Shown: positions 30,037 to 40,367 of the stretch, piece by piece
Numbering within the stretch: the first letter of the stretch is position 1
Layout: each line of letters opens with the position of its first letter
Assembly (NCBI GenBank): GCA_048270185.1
Contig: JBLWTJ010000002.1
Coordinates: forward strand, 160,001 to 224,000
Direction: 5' to 3'
Origin: Bacteriovoracaceae bacterium
GTDB lineage: Bacteria > Bdellovibrionota > Bacteriovoracia > Bacteriovoracales > Bacteriovoracaceae
Length of the DNA stretch: 64,000 nucleotides
Program-made: the position numbers and the translations under genes
Notes under the pieces: generated by a model
Seen by the model: the letters and a program-made list of their open reading frames with translations, nothing else
What the model was told of the DNA's origin: nothing
Database searches by the model: none

Positions 30037-30837
30037 CTAATTTGGCATAGATCTAAAATCAGAAGGTAAAGATCCGGTGTATTTTTGAAAGGTTGAAATA
30101 AACTTAGATAGTGAATTATAACCTACTTCGAGACTAATATCTGTAATCGTCATTTTAGTCGTTAAGAGTAATTCTTTGGCCAAGTTTATTTTTTTAGTAA
30201 TCATTATAGTTTTGGGAGTACTACCAACTTCACTTAAGAATAGCCTATTTAAATTTCGAGGACTAAGCCCACATGTTCTAGCAAGCTCTGTAACTGGGAT
30301 GTCATCTTCAGATTCAACAATTAAAGAAAACGCTTTCTTTACTCGTGAATCTTTAATCTTAGACTCAATGACACGAAAATCATCTAAACTTACATCACGA
30401 TGTAAAGATAAACACTCGATAAGACATTCAATTAATGCCTTAGTAAATGTCTTCGAATAAATTGATTGTGGGTTAAGTAAGAGATAATAAGCTAATTCCT
30501 TAACAAGTGAATTCAATGGAGTAACTGAAGAGGTAATTTTTTTCTCTGTACTTCTTTTCCAAATTTTATCATCTATAAGAATGATCATTCTCTCACCTTG
30601 ACCTGAGGCACTTGATGAAAAGCTATGTTCAGTATTTGGTGGTATATATAACATCCTACCTGGCCCACAATTGAAAACATTCTTGTTATCAGAGAATGAG
30701 ACTTTAATCTCCCCTTGAAGAGGTATAAAAAATTCATGTTCTTTATGAGAGTGCTGAGCGAGCTCTCGACCAGGAACCTTTTGATGAATCAATACAATAT
30801 TAGGTAGAGTAACTGTTATATCTTGACCTTTCTTCAT
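30037..30837 (-). CDS. AraC family regulator with cupin sensor domain
   Basis: HSHKEHE...H cupin; C-terminal HTH ITDISLEVGYNSLSKFISTFQKYTGSLP. Confidence 0.93.
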   Translation of the reverse strand: MKKGQDITVTLPNIVLIHQKVPGRELAQHSHKEHEFFIPLQGEIKVSFSDNKNVFNCGPGRMLYIPPNTEHSFSSSASGQGERMIILIDDKIWKRSTEKKITSSVTPLNSLVKELAYYLLLNPQSIYSKTFTKALIECLIECLSLHRDVSLDDFRVIESKIKDSRVKKAFSLIVESEDDIPVTELARTCGLSPRNLNRLFLSEVGSTPKTIMITKKINLAKELLLTTKMTITDISLEVGYNSLSKFISTFQKYTGSLPSDFRSMPN

Positions 30838-30916
30838 TTAATTATCTAACCATATTGATTCTATTTAGGAAAGTCGCTTTTAATTATATGACGACAAAAA
30901 ACATCAGCAGGTTTTG

Positions 30917-31729
30917 TCATACGTTGATGAAGTTATAAATTGTCTCATTAACACTATCGTCTTTTAAGATACGCCTGTGTCCAAGATATTCAAGAGTAAT
31001 TAATGAACCATTCTTCCAATACTTACTTAATTCAAGAGAGTCATTATAAGGCACCTCCTTATCATCTCGACAGTGCAAAATAAGACCTTCGATATCACTT
31101 AAGCCTTCTCCCAGTCGAACAGGATTGACTTCTTGGGCCGCGTGACCAGTTTGCTTTTTCATTTCATTAAAGAAAAAGTAAGAAGACTTTTTACTCATTC
31201 CAACAAATTGGCAAAAGCGACTTAAGACTCCTTCAAGATTAGCGGGAGCTGCAACTAAGATAAGCTTACTTGGTTGAACAACTTTAAGAGAAGCGATATA
31301 AGCTGCAGAAACGGCTCCCATTGAATGTCCAACTAGAGCATAGGGCCCGCCAAAAAATAGAGCTGCTTCTTGAATCGTTTTAGCAAAGAGAAATGGATTT
31401 GCCCTACTCCCCTGAGATCTTCCATGTCCAGGTCCATCAATGGAGACCACACGATACCCACTGTCAACGAGCTTTAATATTATTGGTTTAAAATTATGAG
31501 AATGGCCTTCCCATCCATGCATGAAGAGAATTGTTTTATCACCGCTCTCATTCCAGCAATGGTATGCGATACCGTTATGTACTTTAACACTATAATTTCT
31601 ACTATCAGTTGTTCCACTTCTACTCTTATTATTTCTGCGAGGTGATTGGAATAAATACGCATAAATCTTTGCGGCAGTATTTGGCATTATATTTGAGAGC
31701 AAGCTAAGTGATATCATTATTGTTTTCAT
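30917..31729 (-). CDS. Alpha/beta hydrolase
   Basis: HGWEG, GPGHG, GHSMG, DDKEV, LGHRRIL. Confidence 0.9.
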   Translation of the reverse strand: MKTIMISLSLLSNIMPNTAAKIYAYLFQSPRRNNKSRSGTTDSRNYSVKVHNGIAYHCWNESGDKTILFMHGWEGHSHNFKPIILKLVDSGYRVVSIDGPGHGRSQGSRANPFLFAKTIQEAALFFGGPYALVGHSMGAVSAAYIASLKVVQPSKLILVAAPANLEGVLSRFCQFVGMSKKSSYFFFNEMKKQTGHAAQEVNPVRLGEGLSDIEGLILHCRDDKEVPYNDSLELSKYWKNGSLITLEYLGHRRILKDDSVNETIYNFINV

Positions 31730-31749
31730 ATATCCTTTCCATGTTTTTA

Positions 31750-31824
31750 TACCAGTCGGTACATAATGTTTATTATTGACTCAAAATCAAAAAAAGTGCA
31801 AGATATTTCTTACCAAACGGTACA
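31750..31824. promoter_or_regulatory. Two TACC-N5-GGTA palindromes, candidate TetR operators
   Basis: taccagtcggtaca (31750-31763) and taccaaacggtaca (31811-31824) in the divergent spacer. Confidence 0.7.
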
Positions 31825-31847
31825 AAATAAAATTTTAAAGGCTACAA

Positions 31848-32456
31848 ATGACTGAAAAAACAAAGACATTAAGAGGAAGGCCAAAACAATTCAAGAAAGA
31901 GGAAGTTCTTAATACAATCCTCGAGGCATTTTGGTCCAATGGATATGATGCTCTTTCGACAGCATCTTTAGTCGAAATTACAGGAGTCAACAAACCATCA
32001 CTCTATGCCACTTTTGGAAGTAAGGAAGAGATATTTGAGAAAGTCGTTAATCTCTATCGTGAACGCTTTAAGAATGAAGTCGCTCTAAAGTCCTTAAATA
32101 AAGAAAGCTTTAAGGAATCAGTAGAGAGCTTCTTTAAACAGGCCATTATATTTGCGACAAAGAACAAGGAGGCCAAAGGTTGTTTGGCCATTCATGGTGC
32201 CCTTAAGACAAAGCACGATGACAAGGCCAGTTCACTACTACTACAAGTTAGACTTGATTTAGAAGAAGTTCTTTTAAAAAGAATTAAAAAGGCTGTTAAA
32301 GATAATGACTATCAATGTGAAATGAAGCCTAAAGCGCTAGCGAAGTATCTTGCCACAGTTCATGCGGGTTTAAATATACAAGTTTTAAATAATGCATCAA
32401 CAAGTGAGCTAAAGGAAGTCGTAAGTATCGCATTAAAAAACATTATCAACTCTTAA
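31848..32456 (+). CDS. TetR/AcrR family regulator (ComR/NemR-like)
   Basis: RGRPKQF...FWSNGY...KPSLYATFGSKEEIF; KGCL. Confidence 0.93.
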   Translation: MTEKTKTLRGRPKQFKKEEVLNTILEAFWSNGYDALSTASLVEITGVNKPSLYATFGSKEEIFEKVVNLYRERFKNEVALKSLNKESFKESVESFFKQAIIFATKNKEAKGCLAIHGALKTKHDDKASSLLLQVRLDLEEVLLKRIKKAVKDNDYQCEMKPKALAKYLATVHAGLNIQVLNNASTSELKEVVSIALKNIINS

Positions 32457-32480
32457 TCTTAGCTAATAAAATATTTTCTC

Positions 32481-33158
32481 TTACTTCCAAAAGAAATCTA
32501 AGTCCACAACATGTATATACTTTATTAGATACTGAGATTGAGCAGACTTAATACTCGCTCCACCAAGGGTTTCAAAGCCCTTTGTTTCGATATCAGTTAA
32601 TTTATAGTCAAAAGAAAGTCCGTTCTTTTGGCTCCAGAAAAACATTAAGCCTGCTTCATAATACGTATTTGAATAGCCTGCACTTTCAACTTCTTCGTAT
32701 CCAGAGATATTTCCTTTGCGACTAAGGTACTCTTCTTGGTTATACTGAAGGGATATTGAACCATACATCATACCGGCACCAGCATATAATTTAATGATTG
32801 AAGAATTTAAAAGATAGAATCGCATTCCAACGCTTCCATAAAGACTTGTCATAACAGCATCATAATCTTCTACAGTATATTGAGTAGCAAAGATGTCAGT
32901 GTAATTATATTGAACAGTTGCCGAGCCGAGGGCTCCTCCAATATTACCAATGAGTGAAAAATTCAAAAAAGTTCCTGTCTCAAAACCAATATCGACATTC
33001 ATTCCGACAGCAGAACCAAAAAGAGTTTTTGAGTTAAAGCTCTTATCAGGCTGCTCTGAATCGGCTAAGGTTATAATTCCCCCTCCAGGATAAATCCTCA
33101 TGGCAAAAGTATTCAATGAAAGAAGAAATGATAAAGTAACAACTAAGAACTTAAACAC
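32481..33158 (-). CDS. Putative outer membrane beta-barrel protein
   Basis: Signal peptide; alternating aromatic/Gly beta strands. Confidence 0.55.
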   Translation of the reverse strand: MFKFLVVTLSFLLSLNTFAMRIYPGGGIITLADSEQPDKSFNSKTLFGSAVGMNVDIGFETGTFLNFSLIGNIGGALGSATVQYNYTDIFATQYTVEDYDAVMTSLYGSVGMRFYLLNSSIIKLYAGAGMMYGSISLQYNQEEYLSRKGNISGYEEVESAGYSNTYYEAGLMFFWSQKNGLSFDYKLTDIETKGFETLGGASIKSAQSQYLIKYIHVVDLDFFWK

Positions 33159-33164
33159 GAAACC

Positions 33165-34994
33165 TCACACGCTAAAGATTAAATTTGTCAGAAATGAATA
33201 ATGATTATTATCTTCTTCATTTGAATGATTAATAAATTGGCCATATTCAATACTAATGTCAAAGTTCTCAACAATATCATAAATACGAAGATATGAGTTA
33301 AAGTTGAAATACTCTTGCCCACTTCGATATAAATCCCACATGGACTTCGCTTTAAAATGAAGCTTGAATTTTTCATCAGCAATATAACCTACACCTAACT
33401 CAAAACCAGTTAAGATAAAATCACGACTTATATCTTTAGGCGAATAAATATCTAAAGCACTATATAAGTGAATATATAAATTATTTGTCAGATAGATTTC
33501 TTTTCCAAAAACTGACGAAAGTTCAAACCTTTGACAATCAAAACATGGACTATCAATATCCCTTGATATGCTTAGACGAGACCCCCAAGACCACATGGGA
33601 TCGATTGCTGTTGTCGGAACGTTATTCATAATATTAAAAAGATTAAACTTATGTAGTGAAACCCCATTCTCTTGTGCCTTTATATAAAGCTCTAAAAATG
33701 AAAAAGAACTATTCTCTAAAAATCCTGAACCCTTATCCATAAAGTTATGAATACCAGGTCTAAAACCAAGCAAGAGATACTCTCTTTCAAGCTTTAATTG
33801 ACCTGCCTCGAAGTGATACTCTCCATGACTATTGGCGGGGTTACTTAACTGAACAATTGGTGCTTCACTTGAACTAAGAGTAGAGCGAGCAACGAGAACC
33901 TTCTGATTTAGACGATTATCATCTGGAGAGAGAACTCCCATATTATTATGTCTTTTAAGAGAAAAGTAATCGAGAACAGTATCAGCAGTCTCTGCGTCTA
34001 AACTCTTAATCTCATTTGTTTTAATAATACCTAGAACTGTTGCCTTCTGCTTACTTGATAAATTCTTAAATCTTGCACGTAGCATTTTTCTAATAGAAGG
34101 ACGGCCTTGACTTGATTCAATTAACTCATTCTTTTCTAATAACTTGATTGTTTCATGAGGCACAACGTAGAGGTTAAGGTCAGCGATTAATTTCTTATCA
34201 GGAAAGATTGCCTGTAGGATAGCAATGGACATATAAGAACAGTTCTCATCCATAAAGAAATAGTTCTGTTCTATATTATATACACTCTCCCATAGAAGGT
34301 AAGCGAACTTCAAGCGCTGTTCCTGATTGAGCTTTAACTTGTACTCCCAGATATCACGTTTTTCAATTTGGCTGTATTCATGTACTTTTTCATAAAATGG
34401 ACCTTGAGAAAAAACCCCCGTAAAGCCTCCCATAAGTCCTTTATGGATATAATCAAGCATACCCACATCTTCATCCATTTCAGCGGCATAACCAATGTAG
34501 AAGTTTAAGAAATTAACACTTCGGCTATTAACAACTTTTATAAAAGTATGACCCATAACAGAAGCAGGATTAGAAATAAATTGAGATGCATGGACAAGAT
34601 GAATCTCGTCGAAGCCTAACTCAGCTATCCATTCATTTAATCCGTTACATCTAATTTCCTCTACATCACTTAATAGGCCAAGGGATTTAAGATAGTGAAA
34701 CCGAGCAGGAAATAAACACTGAGGATGTCCTCTTTGTTTTATTCCTTCGGAACTCGGATTCATAAAAGTATCTACTGTTTTAACTAATTCAGAATATGGG
34801 TTTTTGTATCCATCTTTTGCAAGAAAGAATGGTGCATCTTTTTCAACTGTGCTCTTGTGCGCATCTTTTTTGAAATGAAGCATATAGCGCCAATAATCAC
34901 TTGTTGAGACATTTTCTAAATCCACAGCAAAGATAGAAAAAGAAGAAAGTGCAAAAATGATCACACAGGGCAAAGTTTGAAAATATTTTAACAT
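33165..34994 (-). CDS. DUF4105 (Lnb N-terminal-like) protein with C-terminal beta-rich domain
   Basis: QCLFPARF, NPASVMGHTF, EKRDIWEYKL, YFFMDENCSY. Confidence 0.8.
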   Translation of the reverse strand: MLKYFQTLPCVIIFALSSFSIFAVDLENVSTSDYWRYMLHFKKDAHKSTVEKDAPFFLAKDGYKNPYSELVKTVDTFMNPSSEGIKQRGHPQCLFPARFHYLKSLGLLSDVEEIRCNGLNEWIAELGFDEIHLVHASQFISNPASVMGHTFIKVVNSRSVNFLNFYIGYAAEMDEDVGMLDYIHKGLMGGFTGVFSQGPFYEKVHEYSQIEKRDIWEYKLKLNQEQRLKFAYLLWESVYNIEQNYFFMDENCSYMSIAILQAIFPDKKLIADLNLYVVPHETIKLLEKNELIESSQGRPSIRKMLRARFKNLSSKQKATVLGIIKTNEIKSLDAETADTVLDYFSLKRHNNMGVLSPDDNRLNQKVLVARSTLSSSEAPIVQLSNPANSHGEYHFEAGQLKLEREYLLLGFRPGIHNFMDKGSGFLENSSFSFLELYIKAQENGVSLHKFNLFNIMNNVPTTAIDPMWSWGSRLSISRDIDSPCFDCQRFELSSVFGKEIYLTNNLYIHLYSALDIYSPKDISRDFILTGFELGVGYIADEKFKLHFKAKSMWDLYRSGQEYFNFNSYLRIYDIVENFDISIEYGQFINHSNEEDNNHYSFLTNLIFSV

Positions 34995-35045
34995 TCAATT
35001 ATTATTTACTAAATAAATACGGTTTTCAACAAGGAAAGTAATTCA

Positions 35046-35609
35046 ATGAATAAAGTTATCATCTTAGCTTCAATTCTAACAACGCAAGTTTATGCCATCA
35101 ATCAACAGGCATGTTCTAAAATGTTAAATAATGGACTCTACAAAACTTACAAGTATGGTGGGATTGACCAACCTCTGACAAAGGCAACAAAGGATCATGG
35201 AATATCAAAAGCATCATTTGTTACTTCAACAGAAGGTACAACTGCTCTACTTGATCCAAAGTATTGGTCAAATGTGACTACTTCTGAAACGCAATCAACA
35301 AGTTCCTCAGGAGCATGTAGTGCTATCGGATTTAATAAGCTTAAAGAGAATCGTAATAAGTATATTGCTCAAAATTACAATGAAATATTGAAAGAAGCAT
35401 CAAGAGGAGCAGGAGAACACCTCCAAGCGCTAGCAGCCTTTTCTCTCTGTGATCATGAAGCTTTCTCTAGGTTCTTCAAGCACTCTAAAGAGAATGTTTC
35501 AAACTTTATTGATAAAACAGGGCCTGAAATTGGAACGATTATTGATCAAACTATCAAAGCTGATAATTCATTAGAAGGTAAATGCTTCTCTTACGCTGAT
35601 ATAATTTAA
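35046..35609 (+). CDS. DUF3015-like exported protein
   Basis: TSSSGAC...EASRGAGEHLQALA..SLC; signal peptide. Confidence 0.65.
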   Translation: MNKVIILASILTTQVYAINQQACSKMLNNGLYKTYKYGGIDQPLTKATKDHGISKASFVTSTEGTTALLDPKYWSNVTTSETQSTSSSGACSAIGFNKLKENRNKYIAQNYNEILKEASRGAGEHLQALAAFSLCDHEAFSRFFKHSKENVSNFIDKTGPEIGTIIDQTIKADNSLEGKCFSYADII

Positions 35610-35610
35610 T

Positions 35611-35636
35611 AAAAAAAGCCTCTAATCTAGAGGCTT
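35611..35636 (-). terminator. Intrinsic terminator
   Basis: aagcctcta...tagaggctt with A run on the plus strand. Confidence 0.7.
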
Positions 35637-35665
35637 AATTATATTTTAAAATTTTAGAATAAATA

Positions 35666-36409
35666 CTAGCGATCAGAATCGAGACAAGCTTTAATGGCAT
35701 TTACCAATGCACTATGCTTTGCGAGAACCGTACCCTGGTTGGCACCACCACGACTTGTACATCCAGCATGTGAGTGAATTCCAATAATCTCCTGTGTTTT
35801 TTCAAGAATAATACTTGAACCTGAGTTTCCACCAGTAGTATCAGCAGTGTGCTTTAAGTGCGTTGGACTAAAAAGCGTACCAGTACTTGTTAATTTTCCA
35901 GTATGTGTTTGTTGAGCAAAGTTTCCTGTCATATCAGTGCGGTCAACACCGTAGCCTGTAATTCTGATTTCCTGTCCCCTTCTTGGAGTCTTGAAGGAAA
36001 CATTATAGTAACCTTGTACTTCACCAGGAAGTTTATTAGTAATTTCATTACGCTTGAACTTAAAAACGGCCCAATCTCTTCCCGGTCCTGCATTTTGAGC
36101 TTCAATTGAGCTTCTATCAATTAAATAAATATCTTCCATCTCTGATGCTTGTGGAATACCGTTAATTGACTCAGGAGTATTAAATTCAGCTTTGACAAGT
36201 ACAGACTGACAGTGGCCTGCTGTTACTGCACACGAGTTACTAATTAGAGTTGCAGTACATCCTTTATTATCGTTCATTGTCGATAAACGCCCTACCCTTG
36301 GCTCAAATGATAAAACTCGATCATCATTACTACCACAGATAGACTCTTTATTTGCATGTGAATTAATTGAAACTAAGAAAACGAGAAACGTTAATATCGT
36401 TTTAGACAT
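35666..36409 (-). CDS. Secreted trypsin-like (S1) serine protease
   Basis: TAGHC, DWAVF, GGNSGS triad; signal peptide. Confidence 0.92.
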   Translation of the reverse strand: MSKTILTFLVFLVSINSHANKESICGSNDDRVLSFEPRVGRLSTMNDNKGCTATLISNSCAVTAGHCQSVLVKAEFNTPESINGIPQASEMEDIYLIDRSSIEAQNAGPGRDWAVFKFKRNEITNKLPGEVQGYYNVSFKTPRRGQEIRITGYGVDRTDMTGNFAQQTHTGKLTSTGTLFSPTHLKHTADTTGGNSGSSIILEKTQEIIGIHSHAGCTSRGGANQGTVLAKHSALVNAIKACLDSDR

Positions 36410-36554
36410 ATACCCTCCTTGATATATAAAATTTGTCTAAATATATTAATATCATCTCAATGCAATCGAAAAGTTTTTATACCTTTAAGATATTAATTGT
36501 AAGATTATCGAATAATAATTGTTCCTAAGTAAGAAAACATATTAACTCCTTTAA

Positions 36555-37298
36555 TTATTGGTTAAACATATAGTCACTGGCCCTAAAGTCAGTAGCAACA
36601 TAAGACATGAATGTAATGTCTTGAAGATTCTCTTTACCATAAAGCAGCTCTTCTCTTTTTGAGCGCTTTGCAAATTCTTCTTGTACTTCGGCTAAGGCCT
36701 TCAAGTATTCTTTTACTGATTCCTTTTTTAGGTGCATATCACCACGGGAACCTTGGCAAGTTCTCTTAGCTAACTTGAACTCCTTCTGGGCATATTCAAA
36801 GAAAGCATGATCAATTCCAAAGCTTACAACTTCCCCAAGCTTTGAAGAGATCGTGAAGTCATTACCCTTATAGACAAGCTTTACAGCTTCTTTGGCACCA
36901 AGCTCAATGAGATTGACTTTATCAAGTGCCGTCAGTGCAGAAAGACATTCTTTGCGCTCTAAGCGGTGTTTTTTCATGACCTTCTTCCAATCCCCCTCAT
37001 TACTCGTAAGCTCTGAAAAGAAGTGATAGTAGCGTGGATGCTTTAAAAATAGCTTCTCCTGCTTCTCATTGAAAATGAGGCCTTCATCTTTCTTTTCTTT
37101 TGCGATAGCTAGAAGATCTGCGAGATCTATATTCAAGACATCACAGATTTGGTCAAGCTTGCTCATCGAGCAATCTTGTGAGGCCATTAATTTTTTTAAA
37201 CCTGATTCAGACATTTCAATCTTTTTCGCCAATTCACTATAATTAAGCTTTCGGCCCTTCATAACTTCTTTTAGTGCATTAAAAACTTCATTTCTCAT
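36555..37298 (-). CDS. XRE/Cro-type HTH transcriptional regulator
   Basis: YSELAKKIEMSESGLKKLM...KLDQIC; start moved to 37298 (gagg RBS). Confidence 0.85.
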   Translation of the reverse strand: MRNEVFNALKEVMKGRKLNYSELAKKIEMSESGLKKLMASQDCSMSKLDQICDVLNIDLADLLAIAKEKKDEGLIFNEKQEKLFLKHPRYYHFFSELTSNEGDWKKVMKKHRLERKECLSALTALDKVNLIELGAKEAVKLVYKGNDFTISSKLGEVVSFGIDHAFFEYAQKEFKLAKRTCQGSRGDMHLKKESVKEYLKALAEVQEEFAKRSKREELLYGKENLQDITFMSYVATDFRASDYMFNQ

Positions 37299-37369
37299 TT
37301 TGCTTTCCTCATCAGTTATTTGATGAAATAAATATAACTGAATACGAACCCACTTCAAACAAAAACAAC

Positions 37370-37394
37370 AAAAGTACCATAATCAGGTACTTTT
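37370..37394. promoter_or_regulatory. Inverted repeat (operator or weak terminator)
   Basis: aaaagtacc-N7-ggtactttt upstream of the XRE gene. Confidence 0.45.
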
Positions 37395-37424
37395 ATTCAG
37401 TATTAGAGTAGTTTTTTCAGGAAT

Positions 37425-38327
37425 TTAGAAGAAGAATCGATAATAGAGAGATCCAGATGCCCTTGTTTGAGAGTAAGTGTTGTAATCCGATGTATTAGAA
37501 AGCCTCTTGCTATTGATCATGACCCCAAGAAGTGAGCGTTCGAACTCATAGCCAAAATCGCCTCCAACACCAATGGCCGTACCAATCGTTGTCCCATTTT
37601 TTAAATTAGAGTCCCTAAATTTAATCTCTGAGATATTTAATCCTGCTGTCCCTTTAAGTAAGAGATAATACTTATCGAATTGGAATTGTCTCGTATAACC
37701 AAAAGAAGCTGCGTATTGGATTGCATCGACTCTTTTGATATCACCAAAGCTACTAAACTTCGCCTGTAACTCACTTGGTATTAGATTCTCATCGCTCTTA
37801 AAATTTACTTCAGAGATATTCACTTCAATAATTGAAGAGCCTTGTGGAGAGCGACCTTTTTCAGTGTGACCAAATAAAGTCGAAGGACGAAATGATTTAT
37901 TAAAGAAATAGACGGCCGTTACACCATAGTTTTGACTTGAGATATTGGACCTTATTCCGTCATCAGAGCCAACAATCTCATATCCTTCATAATCCTGGTA
38001 GAAGAGTTCATAGTAGATTCTTCCCCACGTTGAAGATAATTGAATATCAGTTGCATTCGATGCACCTTTTGATTTTGTGTTATCATCTTCACTGATTGGG
38101 TTTTGTAAACTAACACCTAGAGTGAAGTCCTTGTGAGATAATCGAATTGAAGAGTATGAAATCCCAGATGGTTTATATTCAATGATATCATCACTAACCT
38201 CTAAAGTATGTCCTAGAGAAGCGAAGTCGAGAGAGTATTCAACACTTTCGATAAACTCCTTAGGGGAATGAAGCTGATCTCCCCATATTGCCGTAAAAAT
38301 GGCCAATGCAAAAACAATACCTACCAA
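37425..38327 (-). CDS. DUF4421-like outer membrane beta-barrel
   Basis: YKPS, FYQDYEGY, YFFNKSF, C-terminal YYRFFF. Confidence 0.6.
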   Translation of the reverse strand: MVGIVFALAIFTAIWGDQLHSPKEFIESVEYSLDFASLGHTLEVSDDIIEYKPSGISYSSIRLSHKDFTLGVSLQNPISEDDNTKSKGASNATDIQLSSTWGRIYYELFYQDYEGYEIVGSDDGIRSNISSQNYGVTAVYFFNKSFRPSTLFGHTEKGRSPQGSSIIEVNISEVNFKSDENLIPSELQAKFSSFGDIKRVDAIQYAASFGYTRQFQFDKYYLLLKGTAGLNISEIKFRDSNLKNGTTIGTAIGVGGDFGYEFERSLLGVMINSKRLSNTSDYNTYSQTRASGSLYYRFFF

Positions 38328-38425
38328 TTAATATTCCCCTACTTAGGGATTGATATACTTACATCCCCTGACTTTAATCTCATATTATTTTACAAACCTT
38401 ATGGCCAATTAGTAAAACTATTCTA

Positions 38426-39337
38426 TTGGGGGCAATTTTGAATCTATTAATTATCGCGTATTTATTCTTTAATACTTCATCGCTTAATTATGATTACGAG
38501 CTTATTAACTTTAATAAGTCCAAAATCTACACGGAAGAAAAGCTTTTAGCTTCAGTTGGCAAGACTAAGGAAGATCTTGAGCAGTTTAAGTGTGATAACG
38601 AGGAGCGCTTTAGCCTATTCACACAGAACAAAAACCCCAATTTAAGTTACGATTCTTTAAGGGTTAAATCAGCTGATGGAAAGATCCTCATCTACAAAGA
38701 TCAAAACCTTTATAAAGACGGCGAAATCTATTCGATCAAGAAAACAGACAAATTCCTAAGAACTTTCATGGATGCCATGGCTACGATAGAGGCAACTACG
38801 GTAGGAGAAGTTCTCGTTAAAAGCCTTCAGTCATACAAAGATATCTTTCTCGTAAAAAAAGGATGGTCACACTTTGAACCAAACTCTGAAAATGAAAGAA
38901 GTATGTGGCATATTAACGAAGCAGGTTTTGGCTTCATTATGGATGAGAAGATGCCTATGTTTGGAGATAAGACACCTCTCGAAAAGATAGGAGCTTCAGG
39001 TCTAATTTATTGGGACCCTAATCTAAAAGCTAAATTCGTTGAAAGTGATTATGTGAAGAGATCAATTAGGCCAGAGCTAGTTTTAGCTCATGAGATGTTT
39101 CACGCTTATGATTCTTCAAGAGGATTTCTAGATCGTAGATTTGTTAAATCAGATGAGCTCGAATTTACAGAATTATCAGAGTACCGCGCAGTTTATCTTG
39201 AAAATATGCTAAGAGAAGAATTTGGCCTTAAGTATCGCAGATACTATGGGGACGTTGATGACTTCTCACAAGCTGATCTTTTGAATGAAGATGGCTCACC
39301 AATTCTGATGCCTTCTCCATGTATTAAGTGGTTATGA
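38426..39337 (+). CDS. M91 (NleD-like) zinc metallopeptidase domain protein
   Basis: LAHEMFHAY followed by SEYRAVYLENMLREEFGLKYRRYY. Confidence 0.7.
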   Translation: MGAILNLLIIAYLFFNTSSLNYDYELINFNKSKIYTEEKLLASVGKTKEDLEQFKCDNEERFSLFTQNKNPNLSYDSLRVKSADGKILIYKDQNLYKDGEIYSIKKTDKFLRTFMDAMATIEATTVGEVLVKSLQSYKDIFLVKKGWSHFEPNSENERSMWHINEAGFGFIMDEKMPMFGDKTPLEKIGASGLIYWDPNLKAKFVESDYVKRSIRPELVLAHEMFHAYDSSRGFLDRRFVKSDELEFTELSEYRAVYLENMLREEFGLKYRRYYGDVDDFSQADLLNEDGSPILMPSPCIKWL

Positions 39338-40366
39338 TTCAACAAAAGCTTCCAAAATTTCAAATTTCACATCGTATTCATTTTGAGCAGTAAGTCTTAC
39401 TTTCACGCGCTCAGCAATAGTGTGCATTGGAATGGTATGGGAGCAATCAAACTCTGAGACAATTGGGTAATCTCTATTACCTACGACTTCCATTAAGAGT
39501 TCATTGAGATCAAATGGAGCACCTTCAGGATTTGGCATTTCAGCTTTTCCCATAATAAGTCCTGAGATTTTATCAAAGACACCAATGAGTTTTAACTGAG
39601 TCAAGCTTCTCTCCTCTTTTGACCAAGGGGCGGCCATCTCTTCAATTAGTAAGATTTTTCCTTCGACATCTGGAAAGTAAGGAGTTCCTGCACTACTCAT
39701 GAGAGTATTAAGATTTGTCACAACAATCTCAGCTTCTATAGTGCCTGAATTTAAGACTTTCCAGCCGTCATTCTGATTCCATTCACGAGGGATATTCTTC
39801 CAATCGCCATTTGACCAATCTCTAAAGTGATTACTCCAACGACTAAATGGTTTTAACTCACGTGGTGTATTATCCGTTATGGTGGCCGCATTTAGGAAGG
39901 ATTCAATACTTTCTTCGATTCCATTTGGATACTCTCCAAACCAAGTCATAATCGCTGGCCCATAGAAAGTACTAAGACCGGAGTATTTTAGAATCGAAAG
40001 ATGAAGAGAGCTTACATCACTATAGCCACAAATAATCTTTCTCTTTTCTCTAATGAGATCAAAATCAAGATAAGGGATCATACTATTTGAGTTCATCCCA
40101 CCAATAGTTGATATGAGACATTTTACTTCGTCGTCTCTTATTAAATCCATGAACTCTTGGGCACGATCTTTTGGAGTACCAGAGCGGTAACCTTGAGATG
40201 CTCTCTTTGCCGTTAAGTTTCCAAGCTTTACTTTAAAACCTAGGGCCTCAATACTCTTAACACCATTTAGAAAGAGCTCTTCATTGGCCTTGTATGCAGG
40301 CGAAGAAGGAGTAAAGATACCAATTGTATCTCCCTTATTAAGCTTGTATGGTTTGAGTATTTCCAT
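39332..40366 (-). CDS. S66 LD-carboxypeptidase / MccF-like
   Basis: IGGMNSN, GYSDVS, FYGP, LIEE, DCSHT. Confidence 0.9.
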   Translation of the reverse strand: MEILKPYKLNKGDTIGIFTPSSPAYKANEELFLNGVKSIEALGFKVKLGNLTAKRASQGYRSGTPKDRAQEFMDLIRDDEVKCLISTIGGMNSNSMIPYLDFDLIREKRKIICGYSDVSSLHLSILKYSGLSTFYGPAIMTWFGEYPNGIEESIESFLNAATITDNTPRELKPFSRWSNHFRDWSNGDWKNIPREWNQNDGWKVLNSGTIEAEIVVTNLNTLMSSAGTPYFPDVEGKILLIEEMAAPWSKEERSLTQLKLIGVFDKISGLIMGKAEMPNPEGAPFDLNELLMEVVGNRDYPIVSEFDCSHTIPMHTIAERVKVRLTAQNEYDVKFEILEAFVES

Positions 40367-40367
40367 C

